Source: Candidatus Obscuribacteraceae bacterium (GTDB lineage Bacteria > Cyanobacteriota > Vampirovibrionia > Obscuribacterales > Obscuribacteraceae). Taken from it: a stretch of DNA of 64,000 nt. The notes under the pieces are model-generated. The model was given only the letters and a program-made list of their open reading frames with translations, did no database searches and was not told the DNA's origin. The translations under genes were made by a program, and so were the position numbers. Shown piece by piece: positions 1 through 10,400 of the stretch. Where the stretch lies: assembly GCA_044226015.1 (NCBI GenBank), contig JBGAHS010000001.1:1024001-1088000 (forward strand), given 5' to 3'. Positions within the stretch are counted from its first letter, which is position 1. Each line of letters starts with the position of its first letter.

Positions 1-565
1 GTAAAACCGTTCTGCCGTTTTCTAGCATGATGCAACCTATGAAACCACCAAACTTCTCACCGTTGCGGTCGTCAGCTGAGCCTAAAACGTATTCGAGTTT
101 TTCGCCTGCAATATCGAACGAGCCTTTTCCTTCAATGTGCATTTCATTGGAGAGCGCAGGAATGCCTTGGTCAGCCATCTTATCGGCTAAGGTTCTTGCT
201 GTCTCGTCTCTTCTATCTCCCGGAGGCAGAGAGCTTATGAGGAAGGAAGTTTGGTCTGGCTGATACAAGAGATTGACCATATGAACATTGAACATTGAAC
301 CTGCGAGTTGGTATTTAAAACCCGGCGGCAAGGTACTGTCGATCTCAGCTATTCTCTCCACGACCTTTGCTATGTAGTTTGGCTGCGAAGCTTGTCGTGC
401 GACATTCACCGTGTTTGCCACTGTGGAGGTCACCATATACGCTGCCACTGCCCACAAGAGAACCACTAGACCAATAATAAAAGAAGCCCACCAGGGATAC
501 GATCGAGGTCGTTGCTGATTGCTACGCCCAGTATTTGCACCTTTCATATCTGGCTTATTTGCCAT
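1..565 (-). CDS. Hypothetical protein with N-terminal transmembrane helix; 3' end runs off the window
   Basis: Manual translation from ATG at 565 (MANKPDMKGANTGRSNQQRPRSYPWWASFIIGLVVLLWAVAAYMV...) is open to position 1; directly downstream of folD; absent from the ORF track. Confidence 0.75.
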   Translation of the reverse strand, partial: MANKPDMKGANTGRSNQQRPRSYPWWASFIIGLVVLLWAVAAYMVTSTVANTVNVARQASQPNYIAKVVERIAEIDSTLPPGFKYQLAGSMFNVHMVNLLYQPDQTSFLISSLPPGDRRDETARTLADKMADQGIPALSNEMHIEGKGSFDIAGEKLEYVLGSADDRNGEKFGGFIGCIMLENGRTVL

Positions 566-586
566 ATTTGGCGGATCACATCCGTG

Positions 587-1507
587 TTAGCTAATTTTGC
601 TTTTGTATGCCTGAACCGTATTCGATAGCAGCATCGCTACTGTCATCGGACCCACACCGCCAGGTACCGGAGTGATGTGGGATGCGAGGTGTTTTGCCTC
701 TTCGAAATAGACATCACCACAGAGTCTTGATTCGCCTTCTTGCATTTCAACTTTGTGGATGCCTACATCGATAACGACAGCACCTTCTTTTATCCAGCTG
801 CCTTTGACCATTTCCTGTCTGCCAGCGGCCACAACGAGGATGTCGGCTTCTTTGGCAAGTTTTTCCAGCTCAGGACTTTTACTGTGGCATATTTTCACAG
901 TTGCATTTTTCTCTAGCAACATGATTGCAATAGGTTTTCCAACCAGATTCGAGCGACCAATCACAACTGCGTTTTTTCCTTCAACTGGAATCTGATAGCG
1001 CTTAAGTATTTCGATAATGCCTTGGGGAGTGCATGGTCTCAAACCTTTCTTCCCAGAAAATAATAATCCCATATTCTCTGTATGCAATCCGTCTACATCC
1101 TTTTCCGGAGAGACAGCTTCTAGTATTTGGTCTGTGGGAAGTCCCGCTGGAAGCGGCAATTGAACCAGTATGCCGTCGACATCAGAGCGTCCGTTGAGTT
1201 CTTCAATCAATTTGAAAACGTCATTGCTCGCTACATTTGCTGGCAGCTGAAACAGATGGCTTTCAATGCCTGTTTTCTTGCATGCCAAAACTTTGTTCTT
1301 TACGTAAACATGACTTGCAGGGTTGTCACCAATTAGTACAACAGCCAGGCCAGGTCTGCGTTCTCCTTTGTTGACGAATGACTCGACTTCACGCGCCAAT
1401 TCTTCGCGAATGTCTTTTGCTGTTTTGGTTCCGTCTAAGATAGCCGCTGTTTTGGACTTGTCCTGCACTTGTGACACTGTTGATGTCTCCCTCGGTGAAC
1501 TCATCAA
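587..1507 (-). CDS. folD: Bifunctional methylenetetrahydrofolate dehydrogenase/cyclohydrolase
   Basis: Motifs YVKNK, GILVQLPLP, KDVDG, PCTPQG, GRSNLVGKP, TPVPGGVGPMTVAML. Confidence 0.97.
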   Translation of the reverse strand: MMSSPRETSTVSQVQDKSKTAAILDGTKTAKDIREELAREVESFVNKGERRPGLAVVLIGDNPASHVYVKNKVLACKKTGIESHLFQLPANVASNDVFKLIEELNGRSDVDGILVQLPLPAGLPTDQILEAVSPEKDVDGLHTENMGLLFSGKKGLRPCTPQGIIEILKRYQIPVEGKNAVVIGRSNLVGKPIAIMLLEKNATVKICHSKSPELEKLAKEADILVVAAGRQEMVKGSWIKEGAVVIDVGIHKVEMQEGESRLCGDVYFEEAKHLASHITPVPGGVGPMTVAMLLSNTVQAYKSKIS

Positions 1508-1601
1508 GAGCCTATTAACGCAGCTGCTTCAGTAAAAGTACAAGGCTGTTTCTATCAGCTGCAAGAAATATCAATATTAATCTTAGAGACAGGCGTGGCC
1601 A

Positions 1602-3194
1602 CTATTTCGAAGAATGTGCCGCTTTCCCCGTGCCGGCTGCTTTTCGAATAGCGGCTGCCTGCGCCTCGAAAGTTTTTGCCTCTGAATTGCTATTGGCTTG
1701 TCTGGCAATATATGCAAGGTTTTGATAGGTTGCTGCCAATAGTTCATTGTCACGCCCAGGTTTTACATATTTCAGCACTGCCTGAAAATGCTTTTGAGCC
1801 TTCAATAATTGTTCAGATTTTATTTCTTGAATGCCTGCTTTGAAATATGCTTTTCCTGCATTTATCGCGTAATTCGGATTTCCCGGCATAATGGCTGTTG
1901 CTTTCTCAAAAAGCGCTGCAGCCTCTAAATATAACCCTGCACCAAATTTGATTGACGCTTCATTGTTCGCCCTGTCTGCAGATTTTTGTGTTTCACTGGT
2001 GGTCTCGAACATTGGGCGATTGCTGCTGCGAGAAGCGTATCGCTCCATTTCGTCACTGGAAAGCGAGTAGAGCATTAAGATCGTGCGCTTGTCTCTTTCG
2101 GAGAGCGCAGCTGGTTTGTCGGCGCTCTTGGTGAACATAAACATGATGTCGCTCGGGTCGCTGCTGTGTCCGCTGAGTCCAAGTGCGTGACCAATTTCAT
2201 GCAAGCTAACACTCTTCATGTTTTTGCTTGAATTGCCTGTACTGTCTACCGTCAGCAGCAGAATCTTTGCGCTCATCAATCGTCCCGTGCTGGCGGTGAA
2301 AAGAGTTTCGCCTTCTTCAAGCTGGCTGGACATGTCTGCTTTATTTGCGGTCCACAAAACGGTAATCAGAGCCTTCTGTGCTGAGTCAACAAATTTGAAC
2401 GAGAAGCGCTGATTAGCTGCACTTGACCAGTTTTGAAATGCATCTATGACATACTGTCTAAATTCTGGCTGATAGCCCCTTGCAGATGATCCATCGGAAA
2501 TGAAAATAGGCACTGGCATTTGTGCTAACCTCCATCTACAGACGCTGACGGAAAGTGTTTCCTCAAGATAGTTGTCTTTTCCTTTGCTATCGGCAAAAAT
2601 ATTTTTGCGCTGATTCTCTTCTTTGAGTGAGTCGATAATTACTTTCACCTGTGCAGCGGTTTTCCTGTCTGGATATAGCCACAAGTATCGCTCGTACTGC
2701 CTAATCGCGTGATCGCGATCTCCATTCATTTGATAAGCATTTCCGAGATTCCAGAGTACGTCTGGGTCATCCGGCAGAGTTCTTGCTGCACCTTCCAGCT
2801 CCCAGATCGCATCCGAAATCTGTCCCATTTCCTTCAGGCAAATCGCATAGTTTATTTTTGCCGGAACAAAATTAGGTAATGCTCGTGATACTTCTTTGTA
2901 GTTTTCCGAAGCCTCGGCATATCTCTTCTGTTGAATCAGGTCTATTCCGGAATTGAACAAATAGCGATACTTTTCAGGAGTTTCCGCTGCCATTATTTTT
3001 CGACTATCATTGGCGGACGTCTGGCACTCACTCAGTGAAGCGGTGAGCGCTACAGTAAATACTGCGATGAGGAAGGCTGTTGCCAGCGTTTTCAATGATG
3101 CGAGTCCTGCCAGTACTTTAAAAACATACCAAGAACCATTGAACATAAAGCTCGGTTCTTTGCCTAATCGCAGAAAAGGGTATTGATTTAACAA
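1602..3194 (-). CDS. TPR-repeat protein with central matrixin-like zinc metalloprotease domain
   Basis: Hydrophobic N-terminus; TPR-like helices on both sides of HEIGHALGLSGH plus Met-turn DIM; exact start uncertain. Confidence 0.8.
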   Translation of the reverse strand: MLNQYPFLRLGKEPSFMFNGSWYVFKVLAGLASLKTLATAFLIAVFTVALTASLSECQTSANDSRKIMAAETPEKYRYLFNSGIDLIQQKRYAEASENYKEVSRALPNFVPAKINYAICLKEMGQISDAIWELEGAARTLPDDPDVLWNLGNAYQMNGDRDHAIRQYERYLWLYPDRKTAAQVKVIIDSLKEENQRKNIFADSKGKDNYLEETLSVSVCRWRLAQMPVPIFISDGSSARGYQPEFRQYVIDAFQNWSSAANQRFSFKFVDSAQKALITVLWTANKADMSSQLEEGETLFTASTGRLMSAKILLLTVDSTGNSSKNMKSVSLHEIGHALGLSGHSSDPSDIMFMFTKSADKPAALSERDKRTILMLYSLSSDEMERYASRSSNRPMFETTSETQKSADRANNEASIKFGAGLYLEAAALFEKATAIMPGNPNYAINAGKAYFKAGIQEIKSEQLLKAQKHFQAVLKYVKPGRDNELLAATYQNLAYIARQANSNSEAKTFEAQAAAIRKAAGTGKAAHSSK

Positions 3195-3299
3195 TGTCGA
3201 TCAATCATTCTGACCCAAGGCACTACTGCTAGACTTAATTATTTGCAGGTATTAGTCGAAATGGCGTGGACAACTTCGACCTATTAAGGAGTCTTTGGA

Positions 3300-4025
3300 A
3301 TGACTACCCATATGAATGACTACAGGGGCAAGCGATTTCTTGCGACTGTGAGAAATGGAGACTATGCGCACGCTGGCGAAGAAGAGTCTATACAACTTGC
3401 TTTTGCAGGACTCGACGAAGACCCTACACGTCTAATTCTCGATATGGGCTGTGGCAGAGGTGGAACCGCTTTCTATATCCAATCTCGAGCTTTTGGAAAA
3501 GTCACCGGCATCGACATAGAAGAAGCTTCGATATTGGAAGCGAAATTAAGTTACCCGTCAGTGGAATTTTTGGTTAGCGATGTCGCGGAAATTGGTAAAA
3601 AATTTCCTGCTCACTTTGATCTCGTATATTTGTTCAATGTTTTTTATGCATTTCCTGACACAAATCTTGGAATGGCTAACTTGAGACAAGTCGCGAAGGA
3701 CGGCGCGAAGCTTCTTTTGTTTGACTACCTTGCCTATAAGCCCGAGCTTTATCCAGCTGAGATGCTTGCATTCAGCCCTCCCACCGATGAGCAATTCTCA
3801 GATCTATTCAAAAAAAATAGCTGGCGCGTGGACGAAGCAGTAAATCTTGATAGAAAATATGTCGATTGGTATGCTCGTTTCCTTGAGAGATTTGACAGAC
3901 CTGAAGTTCGCGAGAATTTCGATGCGGAATATATAGAAAGCGCGAGACAGAAATATCTCGCGCTCTACAAGGTTCATGAATCGGGCATCTTTGGTGGGCG
4001 GCTATTCAAATGCACCGCTGTTTAA
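3300..4025 (+). CDS. Class I SAM-dependent methyltransferase
   Basis: Motif I ILDMGCGRGG, VTGIDIE, FDLVY; AAGGAG upstream. Confidence 0.85.
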   Translation: MTTHMNDYRGKRFLATVRNGDYAHAGEEESIQLAFAGLDEDPTRLILDMGCGRGGTAFYIQSRAFGKVTGIDIEEASILEAKLSYPSVEFLVSDVAEIGKKFPAHFDLVYLFNVFYAFPDTNLGMANLRQVAKDGAKLLLFDYLAYKPELYPAEMLAFSPPTDEQFSDLFKKNSWRVDEAVNLDRKYVDWYARFLERFDRPEVRENFDAEYIESARQKYLALYKVHESGIFGGRLFKCTAV

Positions 4026-4063
4026 TTGGATCGCTTAGCAATTTTGCTTTCAATTATCAGCAT

Positions 4064-5383
4064 TCATTGGCTGAAAGCTAATGCTTTTTTAGCGGCTTCA
4101 ACAATGATTCTTGCGGCTGTCGTTCCACTTGCCAGGGAAGCATCTGCAAGGATGTCTTTTTCGCCAACCCAATCGCCACAAAACAGTATGTTTTTTAGAT
4201 CGCTGTTGTGTGCTTCAGGTGCTGAAATACCATTGCTGCCATTTAGAGCAGCAGTTGATATTGTCGAGCTTGCTACCATGTTTGGCAAAAATCTCTTGTA
4301 CACCAGTTCGCTTCTCCATCCGTCTTGCAATTGATCCATGAGAGAGAGCATGGCGTCTTCGTGCTTTTCATTGCCCTGCTCATCTGAATTCAGATAGTAC
4401 CCAAGGCATACCAGGGCGGCTCCTTTCGGTGCTAAATCGGCCGCTGCGGAGTGCACTGAATAATAGAGAGGCGTTTCAAAGCCTAGTGAAAAAGTGATGT
4501 GTTCATTCGGCAATTTCTTCAAGCAGAGGTCAAGGCATGCAATTTTTGCTGGCATGAGCTTTCTCTTTGTCGTGTCATCCACAAGATTTGGCACTAGCTT
4601 TTCAGCAGCTTTGTATGGCAAAGCAAACACTACTCTGTCGAACTCATATTCACTGGTGGCGGTGCCGAGTATTACTGTTCCACTTTCGCCTTGCTTCACT
4701 CTTTTCACTTCCTCGTGAAGGAAGCTAGTTTTTGGACTTAACGCTTTTTCTCGCAACGCTTCTACTATTTGTTGCCAACCACCATGTAGATACAAAACGC
4801 CTTCAGTGATTGAAATCTTCATCTGGCGAATGCTAACTCCGGCCGACAGGTTGTTCGTGTCGTTTGCATAGGAGCCTAGTCTGGCAAGGGCGTGCAAGAA
4901 CTCACTTACTCTCACACTGCTGGTTTTGGACTTGACCCAGTCACCATATTTGGTGCCCATGAAGCTGGATGGGTCAGATGTTGTTATTTCACCCATAATT
5001 ATGCCCAGCTCCATTTTTTCGCTTATGGAGAACAGCTCGGTTCGAGCCATAGCTGGCAGGCTGCGAGGTAGCTCATATTTCTTGCCATCGAGGATGGTCA
5101 CGGCAGAGTCACTCTTGGGCGGATTTCCTTTTGCTTCAATGCTCATTTCATTGAGAAGCCTGAAGCCGGCGGCTCCTTTGTACAACGCGTGAGCACCCTG
5201 GTTAAGCTGATATCCATCCTTCTCTGCAGTAGAAGCTCTGCCCCCAAGCTGTGAAGCCTTCTCGAAAATGCTTATTTCCAGCTCAATGCCATCATTTTTC
5301 ACAGAACGTACAAGCTCTACTGCTGCGGCCAGTCCGGCAAATCCGCCACCAACAATACCTACTCTAAGTGCTTGGGACTTCAT
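4064..5383 (-). CDS. FAD/NAD(P)-dependent oxidoreductase (phytoene dehydrogenase/amine oxidase-like)
   Basis: Rossmann IVGGGFAGLAAA, EKASQLGGRA, NQGAHALY, C-terminal CGDWVG. Confidence 0.85.
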   Translation of the reverse strand: MKSQALRVGIVGGGFAGLAAAVELVRSVKNDGIELEISIFEKASQLGGRASTAEKDGYQLNQGAHALYKGAAGFRLLNEMSIEAKGNPPKSDSAVTILDGKKYELPRSLPAMARTELFSISEKMELGIIMGEITTSDPSSFMGTKYGDWVKSKTSSVRVSEFLHALARLGSYANDTNNLSAGVSIRQMKISITEGVLYLHGGWQQIVEALREKALSPKTSFLHEEVKRVKQGESGTVILGTATSEYEFDRVVFALPYKAAEKLVPNLVDDTTKRKLMPAKIACLDLCLKKLPNEHITFSLGFETPLYYSVHSAAADLAPKGAALVCLGYYLNSDEQGNEKHEDAMLSLMDQLQDGWRSELVYKRFLPNMVASSTISTAALNGSNGISAPEAHNSDLKNILFCGDWVGEKDILADASLASGTTAARIIVEAAKKALAFSQ

Positions 5384-5423
5384 GGCTCATTCTCCTGGTT
5401 GATTCTGATGATGGTTTGATCTA

Positions 5424-5487
5424 ATCATGGATATTTAGTATCCACAATAGCCAAATGGATGAATTTTAGATAAAATGTATCCATAAT
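5424..5487. promoter_or_regulatory. Two 25-bp imperfect inverted-repeat operators, probable Rrf2/RsrR boxes
   Basis: ATCATGGATA-TTTAG-TATCCACAAT (5424-5448) and ATTTTAGATA-AAATG-TATCCATAAT (5463-5487) between divergent genes; the second overlaps the regulator start codon. Confidence 0.7.
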
Positions 5488-5977
5488 GAAAATGGGTCAG
5501 GGAGTCGAGTGGTCTATACATTGCTGTGCTCTGCTGGGAGTTCTGCCCCCGGGGCGCAGTCTCAGGCTTGAAAAAATTGCAGAATACTATGACCTTCCTG
5601 TTCCGTACCTGCGAAAACAGTTTCAAGCTCTCTCTCGTTCAGGCATAGTTCAAACCAATACAGGTCCACAGGGCGGCTACAGGCTTGCCCGTCCAAATGA
5701 CGAAATCTCATTGCTCGATATCTATCTGGCTTTGGAAGGGGATGACCCCTGTTTTCGCTGTACTGAGATTCGTCAGCAAGGACCGGCGGCTAAAGGTGAC
5801 TGCAACTATGTATCACCTTGTAGTATTGCAAGTTCAATGTGGAAGGCTGAGGCGGCCTGGCGGAACGAACTGAAAAAGGTGTCCATTACTCAAGTAATAA
5901 ACGATGCTCGTCCGCACATAGACGATGCGCGAATGGCTCGCTCTCAGAAATGGCTTGAAGAAGCTCTTCGCGAATAG
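5486..5977 (+). CDS. Rrf2-family transcriptional regulator, RsrR-like [2Fe-2S] redox sensor
   Basis: GVEWSIHCC N-terminus (E8, W9, H12), wHTH GPQGGYRLAR, EISLLDI, FRCTEIRQQGP, PCSIA. Confidence 0.88.
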   Translation: MKMGQGVEWSIHCCALLGVLPPGRSLRLEKIAEYYDLPVPYLRKQFQALSRSGIVQTNTGPQGGYRLARPNDEISLLDIYLALEGDDPCFRCTEIRQQGPAAKGDCNYVSPCSIASSMWKAEAAWRNELKKVSITQVINDARPHIDDARMARSQKWLEEALRE

Positions 5978-6049
5978 GAAAGGGTCAGGCTAGCTTCGCT
6001 GAAAAAGGAGGGGGAGTTCTTTTGACGTAAAGACCGGAGGAGGCTCTGT

Positions 6050-6943
6050 CTAACCATAAAGAAGTTCCTGTGTTAAAACGAAAGACTTTCCCTTTGCCGC
6101 CGCTTGCAATTTCAGTCCAATCATTTGTTCCAGGTTAGCGCCACCATCCAAGACGAGAAAAATGTCTCGGAGATCGATGCCTAATAAATTTGAAATGGAA
6201 TTCTTGGCAAAAAATTCGCGTGTGTCTTCATCAAAAGATGGCAAGCAAATGATGATACAGAGCTCTTCTTGTGCGGACTCAAGAATTTCGCGAATTTTGT
6301 TTCGATCACAGTCTGCTTGCCACAGTGCATGCAGTGCGGCAGCTTCTTTTCCAAATTTGAATTTGCCAGTCACCTCCGTTTGTTGTAGGCGGAACGGTGC
6401 GATTTGTCTCAAGTCAGAGTTGGCAAAAAGCTTGTTGAGAAAAAGTTCGAGCGCATAGTTTCGTTCTGACTCAGCCATTAGCGTTAAGTCGATTAGCTCT
6501 TTTCGCATTCTAGAATGCAAATCTGCCATGGGAAGCTTTTGTAAGGCTTCGGTTGGTCTAGCCGCAGATTCTCCTCGAGGCAACGAGTTGAAGTAGTCTT
6601 GCGATTCTAGTTTTTCCACAGCCAGATTTAGTTTGCGCAGGCATGCTCGAATCTGCTCAAGTTCCATCTGAGAAAAGCTATGGCGCTGTGAGCGTAGCGA
6701 ACTGGAGTGCTCAACTATTTTTTCAATTAGCAAAGGGAATTTTTCGGGACACTCTTTCATTGTGCCTTCCAGCAATGATTTGATCGAGTGTTCCTTCATG
6801 TGTCCGCGCCAGTGCTTTTGAAGGTCTAGTTCTCTGGCAATGCCCTGAAAACTCGCGGGACTTATTGGATAACCTGGACCGGGACCAGGTAGGTAGTCCA
6901 GAAACAAGGTTGCCAGTTCATCCATCGCGCTCATTTCTTGCAT
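6050..6943 (-). CDS. Hypothetical protein with degenerate restriction-endonuclease-like (PD-(D/E)xK) C-terminal domain
   Basis: ORF track gives 6050-7111; ATG 6943 has a GGAG SD. The C-terminus follows the RGY.FE.FL..LF/PFR...EQIDG/LEAKW pattern with substitutions. Confidence 0.55.
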   Translation of the reverse strand: MQEMSAMDELATLFLDYLPGPGPGYPISPASFQGIARELDLQKHWRGHMKEHSIKSLLEGTMKECPEKFPLLIEKIVEHSSSLRSQRHSFSQMELEQIRACLRKLNLAVEKLESQDYFNSLPRGESAARPTEALQKLPMADLHSRMRKELIDLTLMAESERNYALELFLNKLFANSDLRQIAPFRLQQTEVTGKFKFGKEAAALHALWQADCDRNKIREILESAQEELCIIICLPSFDEDTREFFAKNSISNLLGIDLRDIFLVLDGGANLEQMIGLKLQAAAKGKSFVLTQELLYG

Positions 6944-7033
6944 GCTTTCTCCGTCTGGCTTAGTCGAATTGCTGCCATAATTTTCTTTCCCGTTTTTGCC
7001 GAAAAGTTTCATTCGCTCTGTGCTGGAAGTGGT

Positions 7034-7190
7034 GCCGGATCCACACGCCGGGTCCTGAGCGAGCGCACCTGGTCCTGCCGGGTCCACCACGCCGGGTTCT
7101 GCCGGATCCATGCGCCGGATCCTGTCGGGTTCACACGCCAGGTCCTGATCGAGCCACGCGAAGGACCAAGAAGCCCGGTCCTGCCGTGGA
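7034..7190. repeat. GC-rich degenerate array of a GCCGGRTCCW-like 10-mer
   Basis: Units gccggatcca, gccgggtcct, acctggtcct, gccgggtcca, gccgggttct, gccggatcca, gccggatcct, gtcgggttca, gccaggtcct, gcccggtcct. Confidence 0.75.
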
Positions 7191-7430
7191 GCCGACCCGT
7201 TGCTTCCACTCGTGCCTCACACCTGTTGCCTGGCTCCCCAGCGCACGTTCCACCGACGCAGCAAAGCATCCACATCAGCTCGACGCTCAGCGCCTCGGAT
7301 GCTACGTCGTAGCGACATCACGCTAGAGTCACAAGAATTCCACAAACCTAAATTACTATTCATTCATTCGGGTGGATTCGTTTTGTCGCATAGTCTGGCT
7401 GGTGGCTGTGATGCCGTGTAGGTCTCGCCG

Positions 7431-10400
7431 ATGCCACTTCCCGCAGAAAAAGATGACCACGAGCCGCGTGGTCAGAATGACTTTTTAAAACCTGATCCGC
7501 AAATCTTCCTTGCTGATTCCATGCCTAAGTGGAAAGCCCTGGAGATTCTTGATCAGAAGAATTCAGACAAGTCAACTGAAAGGAAGACTGTCACAAGAAC
7601 TGCTGCCGAGGCGCTTTCGGCTGAATATACCAATGAGCAGTTTGGACATTTGCGCCGCTCTCCTTTTCTTTCCAAAAACCGTTCAGCTGAAGGTCAGAAA
7701 GACGCTAAGGCTGAGTCTCCTAAAAAGCAGGCGGGTGACAATCCCGCCGTCGCCGTGAAGCCCGAGCAAGTTACAAAGCCGGCCGATCCTGAAAAGCCTG
7801 TGGGTCCTGATAAACGTGCCGAGGAGAAGCCATCTGCTATTGAAAAAATGCCCGTGAATGAAAAGCCTTCAGTAGCAGACAAGCCGGCTGAAGCGACTGC
7901 GTCCGAAAAAGTTGCTGACAAAAAGCCTAAAGACAAAGATGTTATTCGCGCAAGCTCAACTACTCCTGAGCCGGATTCCTCCGCGAAGAAATCTTTGCCC
8001 GAGCTCGTAATAGAAGACAAAGCTTCAAAATCTGCCGGCAACCTCGACTTCACATCGATGCTGCCGGTCATCAAGGACGCAGGAAGCAGGGCTGCTAGAG
8101 AACTTGGCAGTTGGGTCGATCAGCTTTCTGCAAAAGCAAATGAACTCAGTGAGTCGCTCAAGAAAATTCCGCAATCGATAACGGCTCCAGATGGTGGAGC
8201 GTGGAAGAGTTCTGACGGAAACTGGTCTTACGTTGACAAATCTGGCAAGACAGTTGAAAAATACGATGCGAAAGTCGACGGAGTCACTCGGCATGAGAAT
8301 GGTGGCACTACTGTAAATCTTGCTGATGGAAGAAGCATCAAGGAAAACTCCGATGGTTCGACATTTGAATACAATGCAAATCAGAAACTGAGTTCGATAA
8401 AGTATAAAGATGGCTCTACCCGCTCATTCGAATGGAGTGGCGATGACCTGGTTAAAATGACTTCCAAACTCGGCGAATGGACAAGAGTAAAAGACGACAA
8501 AGGTTCAGTTAAAGACCAATGGTTGCCGAAAGGAACGAGCACCCCCTGGTCAGGCGAAATCAATATTGACCAAAAGTCTGGTGAGCTTAAAATCGCTGGA
8601 AATACATATCGATCCGATTCCTCCATTGAGAAAACAAATGCTGATGGGACTCGGGAGATCAAATATGCAAACTCAGACACTGTCAAATTTGACAAGGAAG
8701 GACGCTTAAGCGAAATCCAGACGCAAGACGCGAAGAGAATTTTCTCATGGACCACGAACCCTTCAGCGACAGGCGAAAATGACAAGCAAGCTCTCTCCGC
8801 AATTCAGGTAATTAAAGACGGCAAAAACTATTTCCACACAAGGCAGAGTGATGGAAGTTGGAATGTCCAGACCTATGAAAATAACGCGTGGTCAGCATCT
8901 CAGTCAGAGAAAATTTCCTTTGCGGCAAATAATAAGACTGGTGAATATTCCTATGAAGAAGATGGAGCCAAGCACGTTCTTTCCCCCGGAAAGGGCGAAA
9001 AGGAAACCAAGCCTGACGGAACTGTACTTGAATATCAGGGCTCTCAGATTGTAAAAGCAACACAAGGTACGAATGTTCGTGAATTTGAATGGAAAGACAA
9101 GCAAATCGTTTCAGTCAAAGACTCAGCCAAGAACACAAGCTGGAGTTCTATCGACGGGAAATGGCAGTCGGACAAGGGAGATAAACTTCCCGGCAAGGCA
9201 TCCATTGATGACAATGGCAGTCTCATCGTTAAAGATGGAAACAAGAGTTCTGTTATCAAATTGGATGGAACTCAATATCAGCGAATTGAAAACGCGGCCG
9301 AAAAATCAACTGTAGACATCTCGAAGGACAAGGTTCAAGTCAAAGCCGGAGATGGTTCTACTCGCGAGTTCAAGCTCGACGAAAAAGGCGAAGTGGTGCA
9401 AGAAACCGTCCTCCGTAATTCGACAAGAGAGTCGTGGACCCGCGGAGAAAAGAAAACTGACGGAAGCTATGTTTGGACCAACGACCAGGATGCGGCTAAA
9501 ACCGAAATTCGCAGTTCTGTGACACAAAACGATGGGCAGTTGAAGATTTCATATCCAGATGGAAAGCAATATCAGGCGGACACCAATGGTGAAGAAGCTC
9601 TCGAAAACAAAAAGCAAGATTGGTCGATTAAGTGCAAGAATGGGCAACCTTCTGAATCGAAGTTTCCCGATGGAACTGTTCGAAAATATACTTTTGACAA
9701 ACCTGGTGAATCGCCAAAAACGGTCGAAGTCACAAACAAAGATGGTTCAGTAGTTAACATCTCTCGTGAGTCAGAGGGCGTTTACAACTACAAAACAAAG
9801 ACATCAGAGATGAAGTGGAATGTCAATTTCACAGTCAGCCGAGATGGAACATACAAATTCGTTGACAAAGACGAAAAGAACAAAGTGACCACGCGCACAA
9901 TTGATGGAAGCAAAACTGTTGAAGATCCAGCAAATAAATCTGTAGTTGAAAGCTACCGAGACTCGGTGCGCAGAGTGGTCAAAGACGGGAAATCCGTAGA
10001 GTTGGTGAAGGATGAGAAGAACCAGCTGAACGAATTGCGTGATAGTGCGAACAATGCTTCTTACAAGAGAAATCAAAGTGGAGAATGGGTCGCTTCTGCT
10101 ATCGATTCCAGCAAACCATTCAAGGATGATGGACTTGCACGTAAGGGTGAAATTTCGATTTCTGAAAAAGGCGCAGTCAGCTTTTCTGATTCTGATGGAC
10201 GCCTCGTTCGACAGGAACTTGGCGAAAAAGGAAAATTGATTAGCAGCAAAGAAAGCACTGTCGAAGCAACTCATCAAAACACAGCGATGAGTGATGCCGA
10301 CAAGGCAGCGCTCGAACAAACAATTCTCAACTACGCTAAAGACGCCAGTGTTTCAAGCATCGCAAAATCTGTGTTCCAGGAAAGCTTAAGCAATTTTGCT

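Noticed and set aside
7034..7190. CRISPR array
   Set aside because: Units are about 10 bp and degenerate, with no regular unique spacers and no cas genes
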